From Candidatus Micrarchaeota archaeon (GTDB lineage: Archaea; Micrarchaeota; Micrarchaeia; Micrarchaeales; CABMGC01), in the NCBI GenBank assembly GCA_028866995.1, contig JAGWHD010000001.1, positions 337,030-401,029 on the forward strand: a stretch of 64,000 nt of DNA, in the 5' to 3' direction. Within the stretch, counting starts at the first letter, position 1; each line of letters begins with the position of its first letter. A model generated the notes under the pieces. That model was given only the letters and a program-made list of their open reading frames with translations. It was not told the DNA's origin and ran no database searches. Positions 61,913 through 64,000 of this stretch are shown here, piece by piece. A program made the position numbers and the translations under genes.

Positions 61913-62404
61913 ATGATGAGGCTCTTCGACATAGTGCTCTTCGATGCGGGCGAAGGCCTTGCGAAGAAGCTCGGTTTCTACAACCTTGTAAGGATAGGGA
62001 CAAGGTTCCCCAGCAGCAGCCTCCTTACCGCAAGCAGCGAGCACGAGCTGTTCAAGTCTGCCAACAACCCCTCAGTCAAGTGCATAGTCATAGACAAGAA
62101 CATGGTCAATGGAGTAGTTGCAGGAAAGCTCGCAGACATCAAGAAGCCCATGCTGATAAACGCCAACAGCGTAGTGACAGAAGATAGGGGAGAGACGATG
62201 AGGAACATAGGCTCCCTCAAGCGCTCAATTTCAAGGACGAAATTCAAGTCGACGGACATCGGCCTCGCAAGCCTCGCGAAGGACGCCAACGAGCTGTTCT
62301 CATGCGCCCAGCTCGTTGAGATAGCGAAACTGATAGGCATAGACGAAAACGCGGAGAGGAGGGCCCTCTCGGCAATAGGTGCTGCATATGCTGAAAAGGA
62401 ATAG
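61913..62404 (+). CDS. rnp3: RNase P protein component 3 (Rpp30-like), short form
   Basis: 163 aa. C-terminal half fits the Rpp30 pattern (IGLASLAKDANELFSCAQLVEIAKLIG). Conserved position immediately upstream of the Pop5 homolog. Confidence 0.5.
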   Translation: MMRLFDIVLFDAGEGLAKKLGFYNLVRIGTRFPSSSLLTASSEHELFKSANNPSVKCIVIDKNMVNGVVAGKLADIKKPMLINANSVVTEDRGETMRNIGSLKRSISRTKFKSTDIGLASLAKDANELFSCAQLVEIAKLIGIDENAERRALSAIGAAYAEKE

Positions 62405-62753
62405 GTACAGGTACGTCATGGCCGAGAGTTCTGTGCCTACCGACATGGGAAGCCAGGCTTCGTCTGACGAGCTTCTGCACGAGATATCAAAGGCCATAGG
62501 CGACATATCGTACATGGAGGCAAGGCCGAGGATAGCTTACAGCGCAGGCAGCAGCTTCATAATAAAGGTAAGGAGGGGGCACGAATCAAAGATAGTCCTG
62601 GCGCTCGCGCTCATCCGCAGGCTGAACGGCAGGAGATGCGCCATATACACGACAAAGATATCAGGCACGATAAAAAAACTGAAAGACGGGCAGAGCCCGC
62701 AGCCTGAGGCAAAAATACCGTCAAAAAGAGCTCAAAATACGGACAAAGATTAA
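62379..62753 (+). CDS. rnp2: RNase P protein component 2 (Pop5-like)
   Basis: LKRNRYRYVMAE N-terminus, FIIKVRRGHE and SGTIKKL motifs. Overlaps the upstream gene by 26 nt (or starts at ATG 62388). Confidence 0.72.
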   Translation: MLHMLKRNRYRYVMAESSVPTDMGSQASSDELLHEISKAIGDISYMEARPRIAYSAGSSFIIKVRRGHESKIVLALALIRRLNGRRCAIYTTKISGTIKKLKDGQSPQPEAKIPSKRAQNTDKD

Positions 62754-62800
62754 TATAGCTTTACATATCATTATATGCAACTACTACTTACGGTGTAAAT

Positions 62801-63121
62801 ATGAAGATAAGCGAGCTAAAGGCAGGAGCAACAAATGTTGATCTGGAAGCCACTGTCATAGAGAAGCAGGAGCCAAGAGAGGTAATCACGAAGTTCGGCA
62901 AGAGGCTTAACGTCTCGTCAGCCGTCCTGAAGGACGGCACCGGAACGATAACGATATCGCTCTGGGAGAAGGACATAGACGCAGTCAGCGTAGGCGACAA
63001 GGTCAAGGTAACCAACGGCTACGTCGGCGAATTCAAGGGGAACCCCCAACTCTCCACAGGAAAGTACGGAAAGATAGAGGTCATCGGCAAGGGAGAGGAG
63101 AGCGAGGATTCAGAAGCCTAA
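62801..63121 (+). CDS. ssb: Single-OB-fold single-stranded DNA-binding protein with acidic tail
   Basis: 106 aa. VDLEATVIEK...GTGTITISLWEKD...GDKVKVTNGYVGEFKGNPQLS. C-terminal GEESEDSEA. Confidence 0.8.
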   Translation: MKISELKAGATNVDLEATVIEKQEPREVITKFGKRLNVSSAVLKDGTGTITISLWEKDIDAVSVGDKVKVTNGYVGEFKGNPQLSTGKYGKIEVIGKGEESEDSEA

Positions 63122-64000
63122 TCCAATAGTGTCTCCATTCTTGGGCGCATAAGCGTCAAATCCATCCTCCCTCAGCGCAGCCGCCATGCCCTCCGAAGCC
63201 TTCCTCTCGCCGTGCACGCAGAACACCTTCTCAGGACCCGATTCCTTGACGTACCTAAGAAGGTCAGACCTTCCAGCATGGGCTGACAGGTCGTGGAACG
63301 ACATCGGCGTCACGATGTTGACCTTCTTGTTGTCTATGATCAGCGGCTTGCCCTCAAGCAGCCTTCTCCCGTTGGTCCCTTCTACCTGGTATCCTGTCAG
63401 GAATATCTTGGAGCTCCTGTTGAGCCTTGTCAGGTAGTTGAGAACGGGTCCGCCGTTCAGCATGCCGCTAGTCGTGACTATGATGCTCCCTCCCTCCAAT
63501 GCCTGCCTCTTCTCGAACGCGAAGCTCACGCCTCTTGCCCTCCTTACCGCGTCTTCAAGCAGCTCAGGCCTCTTCAGGAACCCCCTGTGCTGCAGGACGA
63601 TGTCTGTCGCCTGCCTGGCCATCCCGTCAAGGTACGCTATGTCGGCAAGCCCGTTCTCGGCGAGCACCGCCATCACCTCCTGCGACCTCCCTACCGCGAA
63701 CACGGGCATGAGCGCAGTGCCGTTGCTGTCCACCACCTCCTTTATCTCGTCCACCAGCTTCTTGACTGCCTCCTTCCTCTCCGGATGGTCCTTCTCGAAA
63801 TACGTAGACTCTATTATCAGCGCATCCGCCTTGACGATGTCGGCGCCATCATGGAGCGTCTGCCTCTCGAGCTTGAAATCCCCAGTGTATGCAATCCTCT
63901 TGCCGTCCCTGTTCCTCTCCACGCTGGTTATCGCGCTGCCGCATATGTGACCCGCATCATGGAGCTCGACGTCGTACTCGCCGAAGCCGAAGCGCTCTTT
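63110..64000 (-). CDS. Beta-CASP/metallo-beta-lactamase-fold RNase (partial, continues past the right edge)
   Basis: The frame stays open to position 64000 (...VELHDAGHICGSAITSVERNRDGK...). C-terminal VHGERKASEGMAAAL motif. 12-nt convergent overlap with ssb. Confidence 0.82.
   Translation of the reverse strand, partial: KERFGFGEYDVELHDAGHICGSAITSVERNRDGKRIAYTGDFKLERQTLHDGADIVKADALIIESTYFEKDHPERKEAVKKLVDEIKEVVDSNGTALMPVFAVGRSQEVMAVLAENGLADIAYLDGMARQATDIVLQHRGFLKRPELLEDAVRRARGVSFAFEKRQALEGGSIIVTTSGMLNGGPVLNYLTRLNRSSKIFLTGYQVEGTNGRRLLEGKPLIIDNKKVNIVTPMSFHDLSAHAGRSDLLRYVKESGPEKVFCVHGERKASEGMAAALREDGFDAYAPKNGDTIGLGF

Noticed and set aside
1-64000. Looked for CRISPR arrays, rRNA genes, transposases/IS ends, integrases and long direct repeats.
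   Set aside because: None were recognised by reading. The only mobile element supported is the RadA intein. A computational repeat search would be needed to exclude short dispersed repeats.

Overview
Compact archaeal chromosome segment. Coding density is very high, with many 1-8 nt gene overlaps and frequent GTG/TTG starts. A/T-rich TATA-like boxes sit about 20-30 nt upstream of start codons, which suggests leaderless transcripts. No rRNA, CRISPR array or transposase was seen. Most genes are information-processing housekeeping: end of Kae1 plus Bud32, SAH hydrolase, CysRS, MetRS, DRG GTPase, SRP54, MCM, a GINS-like protein, RadA carrying an intein, gyrase B/A, an Lhr-type helicase, a single-OB SSB, TFE, aIF2-alpha, r-proteins uS2/uS9/uL13/eL18/eL42, RNAP subunits D and N, RNase P proteins, prefoldin beta, tRNA-splicing endonuclease, diphthine synthase, HMG-CoA reductase and thymidylate kinase. 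I find seven tRNA genes: Ile, Pro, Leu, Glu, Gly, initiator Met and Lys. Two carry introns. One of these, Pro-like with an intron in the T-loop, lies in an apparent intergenic gap inside the r-protein/RNAP operon and is invisible in the ORF track. The accessory-looking part is a roughly 9.5 kb surface-glycan gene island (8.7-18.2 kb). Related elements elsewhere are two pilin-like proteins with class III signal peptides, a prepilin peptidase and several sequon-rich surface proteins. The most unusual signal I can support is the tRNA biology: a T-loop intron, a tRNA-Ile with anticodon UAU, a 385-aa three-unit-looking splicing endonuclease, and tRNAs abutting protein genes. These traits, plus gyrase and a single-OB SSB, are reminiscent of small-genome DPANN/Micrarchaeota-like or Thermoplasmata-related archaea, but I cannot verify lineage without a search. 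All functional calls come from reading motifs in the translated ORFs. No database search was run.
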